26,197 nucleotides of DNA from IMG/VR virus record IMGVR_UViG_3300028194_000280, positions 1-26,197 of that record. The stretch is one strand, 5' to 3'. The DNA comes from a virus. Its lineage: Duplodnaviria; Caudoviricetes. Position 1 is the stretch's first letter. Each line of letters begins with the position of its first letter. Below are positions 16,901 to 25,100 of this stretch, one piece after another. The position numbers and the translations under genes are program-made. The notes under the pieces were generated by a model that was not told the origin of the DNA, did no database searches, and was given only the letters and a program-made list of their open reading frames with translations.

Positions 16901-17698
16901 CAATATAATCTTGGCACTGAATTTGTAACTGTTGAAACCATAGCTAAAGTAACTGATATGGGTATAGATACAAATAATCCAAGAAATCAAACAGCAACAC
17001 CAGAGACTGGAACAGTATGTTTACAGCTAGTACAATCGCACAACAACAACGGTTTTGAATTCCCTGGAACAATGCAATGTCCTCCCGGAGGCGTTTTTAC
17101 AAAAATATTATTTGCAAGTTATGGCAGACCTACAGGTGGTACTGTACGAGGGGATGGTAGCAATTCACCTAATAACAATTGTGGTGATTTTGCTATTAAA
17201 CAAGATTGCCACTCAGTATCTAGTAAAGCAGTCATGGAGACAATTCTATTAGGATTTAATTCTAAAACTTTCATTGCTAATGACGCTCAGTTTGGAGATC
17301 CATGCCCAGGTACATACAGAAAATGGCTTTATGTAAAAGCAGAATATGAAATAGCATCTACGGCTGTAGAAGAAATAAATAGAAAAACAGAAGCTAGAGG
17401 AGTGTATAACCCTAATAGCAATCCTACCGTAGCTAAATTAAATACTCAAAATAATTTTATAGGCAATGATTCTGATAGTAGAATATTTGGAGTATATGAA
17501 GACAGTGATGCAGACGAGCAATCCGGGACAATATTAAATGGGATAAGAGCTGCTTTGTTTGGACGAGAAGATACTACATTTTCTAATGAACCATGTGTTG
17601 GAATATTAGAAGTAAAACCATTAGAATCTCTAATAGATATATACTGGGAAACTTCTACATCTGGTTTAATATCAGAACTTAACGATGCTATAGGGTAA
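13973..17698 (+). CDS. Tail muzzle/stabilization (nozzle) protein, N-terminal part, with inserted accessory domains including an SUEL-type lectin
   Basis: 1241 aa; N-terminal MNKDLDDRLL..GEYRNAQN....SEG..VGALENILGN and LLFWTDDRNQPRKIN, FAYRFKF.DGEYS, NRVIYGN, LKQNRTYQVG....DRYGR motifs as in crAss-like muzzle proteins. Confidence 0.7.
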   Translation: MAKVQNTFIKSRMNKDLDDRLLSNGEYRNAQNVSVSRSEGEDVGALENILGNLLKTNFGLSTVSGLTSIGKYMDISNDRIIVFLTNYSDTTSDQLSRQAPGGSTCYIVSYNTLLDTYDVLVKGVFLNFSTTHLILGISLIEDLLFWTDDRNQPRKINVKTAASDSSYYTTEDQISVAKYYPYKTPKLTKTIDGVGKITSNILIGSTANLIEGMYLSFVGLDKNIQVRIKKINSSNQALLETFDTNPRNPISPIIDTTWRSITYTSTSMLDTVSEYLPPSFTAYGVPIKATSILTAVNPTSRILIRAANITGQDINIIEVGMGVTCGSFLTDVFVQSVALGSGGAVVNLNKPIPPRTGFFPNASSSDVAFMFHYKNPNYEANWPGDKEFLTDRFVRFAYRFKFDDGEYSLISPFTQPAFIPKQDGYVLSVPVGESAGVKQSQEVAMSRSTIVQFFENKVTNVTLNIETPYRVNQLDTALKVKEIDILYKESNGLAFKVLETVSVTDTSISSNSSYVYTYEYQSRRPTKVLPERETTRVYDKIPVRAKSQSSSGNRVIYGNFYDKHTPPLTLDFGVAISNKSSAGSASVGGSIILGTYTPNTDINYPYNAQAPIPISSSNQTATFEIITSSKADNVIICLSGGSGYSIGDVITFNTSGLPGSTGTLTFILTALNLNSATALIGAGSNVEYPTATLKQNRTYQVGLILSDRYGRQSDVIQSSIGNNTIVHNGTTFKGSTVYAPYTEDNPFYWFGNSLKICFNSKIPETITYADGYPGLYDSGKRNLRAVSFTSDGVNTIYTLQSWNDFIALGSTVSGVSINGAYTSIILNFSKSAKTITIQGEHDLSPGIYANVTLFTEANPLGWYSYKVVVKQTQQDYYNVYVPNILSGEPKSYKDRAKATSSSSTSYITLISDNINKIPPDLQEVQPEQTNFPSSDSILYPRVANPNLFVGSITGRTPTVVASSTTPGDELEPYNSVQYNLGTEFVTVETIAKVTDMGIDTNNPRNQTATPETGTVCLQLVQSHNNNGFEFPGTMQCPPGGVFTKILFASYGRPTGGTVRGDGSNSPNNNCGDFAIKQDCHSVSSKAVMETILLGFNSKTFIANDAQFGDPCPGTYRKWLYVKAEYEIASTAVEEINRKTEARGVYNPNSNPTVAKLNTQNNFIGNDSDSRIFGVYEDSDADEQSGTILNGIRAALFGREDTTFSNEPCVGILEVKPLESLIDIYWETSTSGLISELNDAIG
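17018..17347 (+). other. SUEL / rhamnose-binding lectin (Gal_Lectin-like) domain within the muzzle protein
   Basis: CPPGGVFTKILFASYGRP.G...CGDF....CHSVSS..V....G......A.D..FGDPCPGTYRKWLYVKAEY carries both family signatures, A(N/S)YGR and DPCxGTxKxL. Confidence 0.8.
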
Positions 17699-17710
17699 CA
17701 ATAGCTAAAA

Positions 17711-17724
17711 AACAAGTGATAATA
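17711..17724 (+). promoter_or_regulatory. AACAAGTGATAATA motif (copy 2)
   Basis: In the 30-bp gap between the two muzzle genes; matches 12011-12024. Confidence 0.4.
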
Positions 17725-17728
17725 TATT

Positions 17729-19618
17729 ATGGCAGCAATTATAGAAGTAGATTTTTTTAATTCTTATTTACTAAAAAAAGTAACATCACAAGATGGAGCA
17801 CAACAGCCTCCTCAGGTAAAGCTAGCAGGCGATAGTGGCGTTAGTTCAGTACTTGGGATTGGAACACCTCAACCAACGTTTCCAAGTCCAGCCGGCTCTA
17901 CAGGTGTTCAACCTTATGGAGAGTTTTATCCTGGAACTGCTTATCCAGGTTTTTTAAGAAATGGATACCAAGTAAGATTTTTAGGTAATGACGGCACTAA
18001 CAACGTATACACTACAACACCTTGGAATATAAATTGGTTTGTTGAAGAAGCTAGAATAAGAGGAGGTTTTAATAATACATCAACTGATTATGGTGCTAGA
18101 GCTTATTTAGATGATCCAGAACCTTTACAACAACATAGATTTAATTCTTTAATCTACTCAGGTATATATAATAGTAGAACTGGAATAAACCAAACTAATG
18201 TATTTTCTGTAGCTGATACTATAACTAGATCTGCAGATCCAGTTAATGGATCTATACAATATACTCACGCTGAAGACACTAATCTATTAGTTTTTCAAGA
18301 AAACAAAGTAAGTAGAGCTTTAATAGACAAGGATACTATATATACAGCTGAAGGTGGTACTCAAACACAGTCTGGAGCAAAAGTTATAGGTCAAATAGTG
18401 CCTTACAAAGGTGAGTATGGTATTAGCACAAACCCAGAATCGTTTGCTTACTATGGTTATAGAAAATATTTTTCTGATAGAAACAGAAACTCTATAATGA
18501 GACTATCTAATGATGGTCTTACCGAGATAAGCACTTATGGTATGCAAGATTTTTTTAGAGATGAATTAGCTTTAATAAATGAACAACCTGTAACCAACAA
18601 TGTTGATGGTAAATTAGGTTTTTCAACTGATGGAACTAGTATAATAATAAAAGCAATATCAAGCACTTTAACAGGCGAGATAGTTATAGGTATGGGATTT
18701 TCATTAAGTGCAGATGCTGGAAATTCTTACTCCGTGGTTACTGGCTATATTGTAGATGTTAAAATAGTAGGTTTATACACTGAAATTTATTTTTCAGAGT
18801 TAATACCAGCAATTCCACTAACCGTAGATACTTTATTAAGATTTTTTAATAAAGCTTCTGGTAGAATAATTGGAGGTTTTGATATACATAACAAAAATTA
18901 CGTTGTTTCTTTACAGCAAAAGCCGCCAATAATAACTAGTGGTGGTTTTAAAACTATAACTTTTGATGAAAAAATTAATGGCTGGGTTAGCTTTATGACT
19001 TTCAAACCTACTTTTATGGGTAGTTTAAAAAATAAATTTTATTCACTAAATAAAGAACAGCTATATTTACATTATGACAACACAGTAGCTAACAATAGGG
19101 GTAAATTTTACAACACTCAACTACCTGCTAACGTTACTTTTGTATTCAACCCTAACTCTTCAGTTATGAAGAATTTTAAAACTATATCTTATCAAGGTAG
19201 TAATGGCTGGGAAGTTACATCGTTTGTATCTGGCTTTGAAGGGTTTGATCCTAATCCAACATCTAGTGTTCCACCTTTTGTACAAAATCAAGATAAAACA
19301 ACAAGTTCTAGCACATCTTTATCCGTACTTAGCTATGAAGAAGGTGCGTATGATGGGCTTGGAAGAACTGGATTAAATGCAAGTGCTTCAAATCCTCCAT
19401 TATTAAGAGCCGGGTTTAACAGGAAAGAAAATAGATACGTAGCTAATCTTATTTCTGAGTCAGCAGCTAGAGCAGGTGAAGTTATTTTTGGAAACTCAAT
19501 GACAGGTATTAAAGGTTATTTTGCTACGGTAACTATAGAAACAGATAACAACACTCAACCAGGTGGTCCTAAAGAACTATGGGCAGCTGCTTCAGAGTTT
19601 GTTGTTTCGTCAAATTAA
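17729..19618 (+). CDS. Tail muzzle/stabilization (nozzle) protein, C-terminal part
   Basis: 629 aa; LIYSG.YNS.TG.N..N.F, GSIQ...EDTNL..FQE.KV, YGIS.NPESFA.YG..KYF.D, RLS.DG.TEIS..GM..FFRD, W.SF..F.P and K.FKTI.Y.G motifs typical of the C-terminal half of crAss-like muzzle and P22 gp10-like proteins. Confidence 0.7.
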   Translation: MAAIIEVDFFNSYLLKKVTSQDGAQQPPQVKLAGDSGVSSVLGIGTPQPTFPSPAGSTGVQPYGEFYPGTAYPGFLRNGYQVRFLGNDGTNNVYTTTPWNINWFVEEARIRGGFNNTSTDYGARAYLDDPEPLQQHRFNSLIYSGIYNSRTGINQTNVFSVADTITRSADPVNGSIQYTHAEDTNLLVFQENKVSRALIDKDTIYTAEGGTQTQSGAKVIGQIVPYKGEYGISTNPESFAYYGYRKYFSDRNRNSIMRLSNDGLTEISTYGMQDFFRDELALINEQPVTNNVDGKLGFSTDGTSIIIKAISSTLTGEIVIGMGFSLSADAGNSYSVVTGYIVDVKIVGLYTEIYFSELIPAIPLTVDTLLRFFNKASGRIIGGFDIHNKNYVVSLQQKPPIITSGGFKTITFDEKINGWVSFMTFKPTFMGSLKNKFYSLNKEQLYLHYDNTVANNRGKFYNTQLPANVTFVFNPNSSVMKNFKTISYQGSNGWEVTSFVSGFEGFDPNPTSSVPPFVQNQDKTTSSSTSLSVLSYEEGAYDGLGRTGLNASASNPPLLRAGFNRKENRYVANLISESAARAGEVIFGNSMTGIKGYFATVTIETDNNTQPGGPKELWAAASEFVVSSN

Positions 19619-19628
19619 ATTAAATTAA

Positions 19629-20027
19629 ATGCAAATACGTAAAATTACAGAAAAAGACTGGGACACTATATCTTCTTGGTGGAAAGACTGGGGTTGGGAA
19701 GAAATACCAGCAAAAGATTTTTTACCTAACAATGGTACTGGAGGATTAATAGTAGAAGTGGATGAAAAGCCTGTAGCTAGTATATTCATGTACACTTCAA
19801 ATTCTAAATTAGTTTGGCTAGGCTGGCCATTATCTGATAAAAATTATAAAGAAAATAGAGAAGAAGCTCTTAACTTATTAATAAAAGGATGTGAATATGT
19901 TTGTAAATCTCAAGGTTACAAATATTTAATGTTTCTTGGTGACAACATGAACTTTATAAACAAATTAAAAAAATTAGGTTTTACAAACCATGATAAAAAC
20001 TTTCATTTAGTAAATAAACAGATATAA
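19629..20027 (+). CDS. GNAT-fold acetyltransferase-like virion assembly protein
   Basis: MQIRKITEKDW..I..WW start, GGLIVEVDEKPVASIFMY strands, LNLLI......K..GYKYL......N..FI.KLKKLGF C-terminus. Sits between nozzle and ejection genes like T7 gp13 and P22 gp14. Confidence 0.6.
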   Translation: MQIRKITEKDWDTISSWWKDWGWEEIPAKDFLPNNGTGGLIVEVDEKPVASIFMYTSNSKLVWLGWPLSDKNYKENREEALNLLIKGCEYVCKSQGYKYLMFLGDNMNFINKLKKLGFTNHDKNFHLVNKQI

Positions 20028-20028
20028 C

Positions 20029-20637
20029 ATGAGTAAAATAAGTGGTGCTAGAAACGCGCAAAAGCAAGCTAAAATGGCGCAAGAAATTGCAGCTAATGAA
20101 AAAAGAGAAGCTGCAGCTAAGGCAGCTATACTCCAAGATCAATTAAGTAATTTAGAGGCAAATAGACAAGAGATCATAAATCCATATGATCAAATGCAAA
20201 ATGAATATGCTAATTTAGGCGTAGCTACTCAAGCTTCAGAGTTTCAAGCAGAAGAAGCTGATATAGCTTTAGCCAACACTTTAGATGCTATGGTTGCTAC
20301 TGGAGCAGGTGCTGGTGGAGCAACTGCCTTAGCTCAAGCTGCTTTACAATCAAAAAGAGGTATATCACAAAGTTTAGAAAAACAAGAAGTTAATAATCAA
20401 AAGCTAGCTGCTGATGGAGCTGCTACAGTTTCAAGAATGAAAGCTGAAGGTAGAAATATTGCTTTTAATAATCAAGAAACTAGAGAATTACAAAAACTAG
20501 ATAGAACTTCTAACTTATTAGATCAACAAACACAAAGGCAGCAAAACATGGAAGATCAAGAGTATCAAGCAGGCATGAATAGATTGGCTGCTAATGGTAA
20601 CATGTGGAAAGCAGGTTTAAGCGTATTCGGTCTTTAA
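20029..20637 (+). CDS. Putative internal virion / ejection protein 1
   Basis: Ala/Gln-rich coiled coil with ATGAGAGGATALAQAA Gly/Ala segment; position as for T7 gp14 and P22 gp7. Confidence 0.6.
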   Translation: MSKISGARNAQKQAKMAQEIAANEKREAAAKAAILQDQLSNLEANRQEIINPYDQMQNEYANLGVATQASEFQAEEADIALANTLDAMVATGAGAGGATALAQAALQSKRGISQSLEKQEVNNQKLAADGAATVSRMKAEGRNIAFNNQETRELQKLDRTSNLLDQQTQRQQNMEDQEYQAGMNRLAANGNMWKAGLSVFGL

Positions 20638-20648
20638 AAAAAAAATAA

Positions 20649-22160
20649 ATGAGTTATAGAAATCCACAACAGATAACAAACACTATGTTCAATGCCAATA
20701 GCATGGTTGAACAAGCAAATAAAGATGTAGCAGCTAATTTAGCTATTGTACCTAAAGAAAGTACTATAGATAGGTATAATAAACAACAAAAAAACGCTGA
20801 AAAGTCTAATAAGTTTAATAATGACATGTATAACAAAGTTGGATCACTTCGTTCTACCGGTTATGAAAAATTTGATCAGAATCAACAAGATTACTTTTAT
20901 GATAGAATAGGTAAGTATGTTGAAATTAAAAATGCTATGGGTAATGGTACTTTAGATAATTTAGCAATGGGCAATAAAGCTTTGGCAGACATAGAGGCTG
21001 AGCTAGTGTTATACGAGAAATTAGCACCTATGATACTGGCTAAAGGAGCTTTATTACAAGAAGCTTATAAAATACCTATAGGAGAAGCTGGATCTTTAAG
21101 TTTAGCTGGTGTACCTTCTGATCAACAAGAAGTTTTAATTAATTTAACACAAGGTGGTGATGTTAGAATAGTTAATAAAGATAATCAAATGTTTTTATAT
21201 TATCCAGAAGGAAACGATGGGAAAGGAGCATTTATAAATGGTAATGAGTTTGTTAATTTAGAAGAGTCTGGTAAAACATATATAAAAACAGTTCCTGACA
21301 TTTCTGAAATACAAAAAAACGCAGTGAAAAATACATTTTTTCCAGCTGGAGAAGATAATCCTGTTTCTAAATTTGTAACCTTTGGTTCTAAACAAGTAGA
21401 TCAAGGAGGAGGAAGAGTTATGGAGGTCAAAACCAAAACAACAACTTTAGAGCAAGCAGAATTAGCTATGGAAAATATGGTTGTTAATGGTCAATTTACT
21501 GCTTTATTAAAAGATGATGACATAATGTCTAGTATATGGACTGATAAAATGGGTAATGATGCTACTGGAACTAACAGCTGGCATGGAGGTACTCAAGAAG
21601 AAATGGATTTACAAGATGCTGCAGCTGCAGCATACTTAGCTAAAACTTCTGTTGATGAATATTTAACAACCGTAGGTGTAGAGCTTGTTACAGGTACTAG
21701 TATTAGAAACAAACAAACAGATCCACCTGGTAGTGTTAATGTTAGCGCTTCTGTAGATTTTTCTGATATTAAAACAGAAGGAAATAATATAGAAGCAGAA
21801 ATTTTAAATATTAAAAATGATGATTTATTACCAGTTTTTGAACAAAAAAAAGTAAATGATTTAACTAATAAACTAGAGGAAAAGCTAACAAAAGAATTTT
21901 CAACTTACAATATTAGAGTTGGAGAAAATACTAGAGCAATATCAAAAGTGTTTGTAGATATTAATGATGATGGCAAGGTAATTATAACACCTTCTTATAC
22001 TAACGCAAAAGGAGATCAAATTGATACAAAAGTATACACTTTAGATAAGCTAGATCAGCTAGCTAGGGACTTGAAAAAAGAAAATAAAGAATATACTAGA
22101 AAGTCTGAAGCTACAGAAGCCAATAAAGACAATCCTTTAAATTTAGACTTAAAAAACTAA
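20649..22160 (+). CDS. Putative internal virion / ejection protein 2
   Basis: 503 aa, largely helical, between the small and giant ejection-type genes. Call is positional. Confidence 0.5.
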   Translation: MSYRNPQQITNTMFNANSMVEQANKDVAANLAIVPKESTIDRYNKQQKNAEKSNKFNNDMYNKVGSLRSTGYEKFDQNQQDYFYDRIGKYVEIKNAMGNGTLDNLAMGNKALADIEAELVLYEKLAPMILAKGALLQEAYKIPIGEAGSLSLAGVPSDQQEVLINLTQGGDVRIVNKDNQMFLYYPEGNDGKGAFINGNEFVNLEESGKTYIKTVPDISEIQKNAVKNTFFPAGEDNPVSKFVTFGSKQVDQGGGRVMEVKTKTTTLEQAELAMENMVVNGQFTALLKDDDIMSSIWTDKMGNDATGTNSWHGGTQEEMDLQDAAAAAYLAKTSVDEYLTTVGVELVTGTSIRNKQTDPPGSVNVSASVDFSDIKTEGNNIEAEILNIKNDDLLPVFEQKKVNDLTNKLEEKLTKEFSTYNIRVGENTRAISKVFVDINDDGKVIITPSYTNAKGDQIDTKVYTLDKLDQLARDLKKENKEYTRKSEATEANKDNPLNLDLKN

Positions 22161-22163
22161 TTA

Positions 22164-25100
22164 ATGCCAGAAGAAAAATTAACTATAGCAGATTTTGCAT
22201 CAGCAGTAAGAAGTAAGTACAACGCTTACGAAGATGTTGAAGATTCTGTTTTAGTAGAAAAAATAATAGAAAAATATCCTGAATATTCTAGCCAAGTAGA
22301 AATGAGCACTGACGTTAAGATTGAAGAACCTGAAGCTGTTGTAGAAGAAAAGTCTTTAGATTCTCCTTATTTAGCTAATGCAACAGGTGAGTTTGTAACA
22401 GGAAGAGGTGAGCCTACTAAGATTGATCCTTTAAGCAAGGAAGATGTAGAAAAATCAAAAGAAATAATAACTGCTGTAGAAAAAAAAGAAAAAGACTCTA
22501 AAGATAATTTAAAAAATTTACAAAGTTATCAATTTATAGATATCCCAGGTCAAGACTATGAATTAAAAGAACCTAGTCTTGGACTAGATGGTGTCCCAGT
22601 TGGAGGTGTTACTAACGATCAAAATCAACCAACTTATAATGAGCCTAGTTATTTAGATAATAAATATAGATCTATAGTTGATAAAAAAGACGCTGATGTT
22701 GATGGAGTAAGTGGAGCTTCTGGATTACCTACCACTAAAGAGGAATGGTTTACAACCGATGAAGGTAATGCTTGGTGGGAGCAAAACTGGTGGAAAAAAG
22801 ATAATGTTTTAATAGAAGAAGGTCTTGCGGATAACCCAGATTATATTAATACTGGTATAAGATATGGTGGAAAAATTAATTACACTAAAGCTCTTAATAG
22901 TGAAATAGGAACTATACTTAATGATGATGGACTTAAATTCCCTTTAAAAGAGGGTTTTGTTTTAGATCCTGAGATAATTGATAAAGCTAAAGAAAATATT
23001 AACTTAAAGAACGTTAAAATTTTAAGTGATTTCTATGGTAATAAAACTGTTGGGCAAGCTGGTTTCCATCAAAGAGAACTTATAAGACTAGACTCTGAAA
23101 ACAAAGAAATGAATCCTTTGGGAGTTGGTTATGGAGCTAACTTTACTAAAAATTTAGAACAAATAGATTTTCATAAAAATGAAATTTTAAAATTAAGAAA
23201 AGATTATTTTTCTAAACAGTATGATGAAGACGGAATACCTAACGAATGGTACAACCCTCTTTCAGGTGAAATGATTAAAAAGAAACAAGCCACACCAGAT
23301 GAGATGATGGAAGAGTCACAAGCTATTGCTATTGCTCAAAACAAATGGGGTGACACAAACATAGAGGTTTTATATTCAAAAGAAAATGACTTAATAAATG
23401 AAGTTATTTATTTAGCTAATAAATCTCAAACTAATCCAGAAGAAATAAAAGCAGGCATAGGTGATTTTAACATGTCAGGTTTAACTAAAAACCAAAAAGA
23501 AGCATTTAAAAAGCAACTTAATTCTGATTTTTTAGTTCCTGGACTGTCTTACTTACCGGGAGATAGCAAGATAGCTAATGAATTTAATAATAAACTAACT
23601 GACCTAGTACAGATACAAAAAGCTATAGTATTAAACTACAAGCCAACTGATCTTAAAAACACTGATGGTCCTACAGATTATATTATAGAAGGTTTTAGAG
23701 GTTTGGCTCAAGAATTAAACCCTTTTAAAATAAGTAATATATCTATATCAGAAGGGGTTAGAAGACTTAGCCCAGATAAAGATATACAAAAAACTCAAGA
23801 ATCTTTAGCTTTTATTGATTTTGCTAAAGGTATAGTAGGTGAAAAAAAACTTGGAGAACTAAAGGAATATTGGGAACCAGGTTTTCAGAAAGGATCTGCT
23901 CAAGCTATTATGGAAGGCGTTAAGATAGCAGGTGAGTTTATTATTACAAAAAAAATTGCTGGTAGTTCCGCTAAAAGAATAACTAATGGATTTACTGGAT
24001 TATCAAAATATATATTAGGGCGTAGTAGAGTTGCTAACGCAATAAATATGACAGCAGCCACTATGGTTGAAGAAGGTTTAATAATAGAAGCTAATAACAA
24101 CTTAATAAGAAAACCTTTTGGAGAAGAAGAATTTGATCCAAGGTTTGCTATCGGTTTAGCAATTGGTGGGTCTATATTTAGAGGTAGTAAAAATTTCCTA
24201 GAAGGAACTCAAACTTACAAAAATTTAATTACAAAGCTTAGTAAAGCTCCAGTTTTTGAAAACATTATTAATGGAATTGTACAACCAACAGTTTCTAGTT
24301 TTACAATATTATCTGGTTCAGTTGGTGAAATAAGCATGAAAGAAGACATAGGATTAAAACAAGCTTTTGATCAGTTAACTAAAGAAGATGGATTTCTGCA
24401 GCATATGTTTTCTACTTTTATAATGGTTAAATCAGCTGGTTTAGCTAACCCCGTAAAAGGCATTACTGGGCTTTTAGCAGCGGGTAGACAAAGTCTAATA
24501 GCTAAGCAAGGTGCTTTAAATGTAAGAGCTTCTAAAGCTTCAAAAGTTTTAGACCTAAACAGAGAATTAAAAGAAAATAATGAAGACGGTACAAAAGCTT
24601 TAACTGAAAAACAAATAGACGAAAAAGCTTTTGATATGATGAGAAAAGAAGGCTTATTCAAAGAACTATTAACAGAAGAGCAGATAAATAGAAAAAAAGA
24701 AATTAGAGAAGCTGCTGGCACTTTAAAAACTGAAATAGATTTTAATAACATTATTAAAGAGATTGAATCTACTTACGGTAAAAATGAATATGCAAATATT
24801 TTTACTATGGGCAGAAGACTACAAAATGGTCAAATGCCAACTCCTGAACAAGCTTTGACTCTAGCTAACATGGCTAGCATTGATCAAGTTTATTCTATAA
24901 TAAAAGATCCTAATGGTTCTTTTTCTGAAAATAAAAGACAAGAAAAGCAGTTTGTAGACTATGTTAATTCTATTAAAGAGTTTGTAACTAATATTAGAAA
25001 AGTTGGTAAAACAGCTAATGATCCTAAAAAAGAAACAAAACTTCTTAAAAAGCATATGGAATATGAAAGTTTGATTTCAGGTCCTTTAGCTTTATTAAAT

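Noticed and set aside
17055-17252. Alternative-frame ORF over the lectin insertion
   Set aside because: The lectin signatures are in the main frame, and the 65-aa alternative product has no recognisable features.
13973-19618. Diversity-generating retroelement acting on the lectin domain
   Set aside because: No reverse transcriptase and no template/variable repeat pair are visible in the window, and the lectin is SUEL-type rather than the C-type lectin fold typical of DGR targets.
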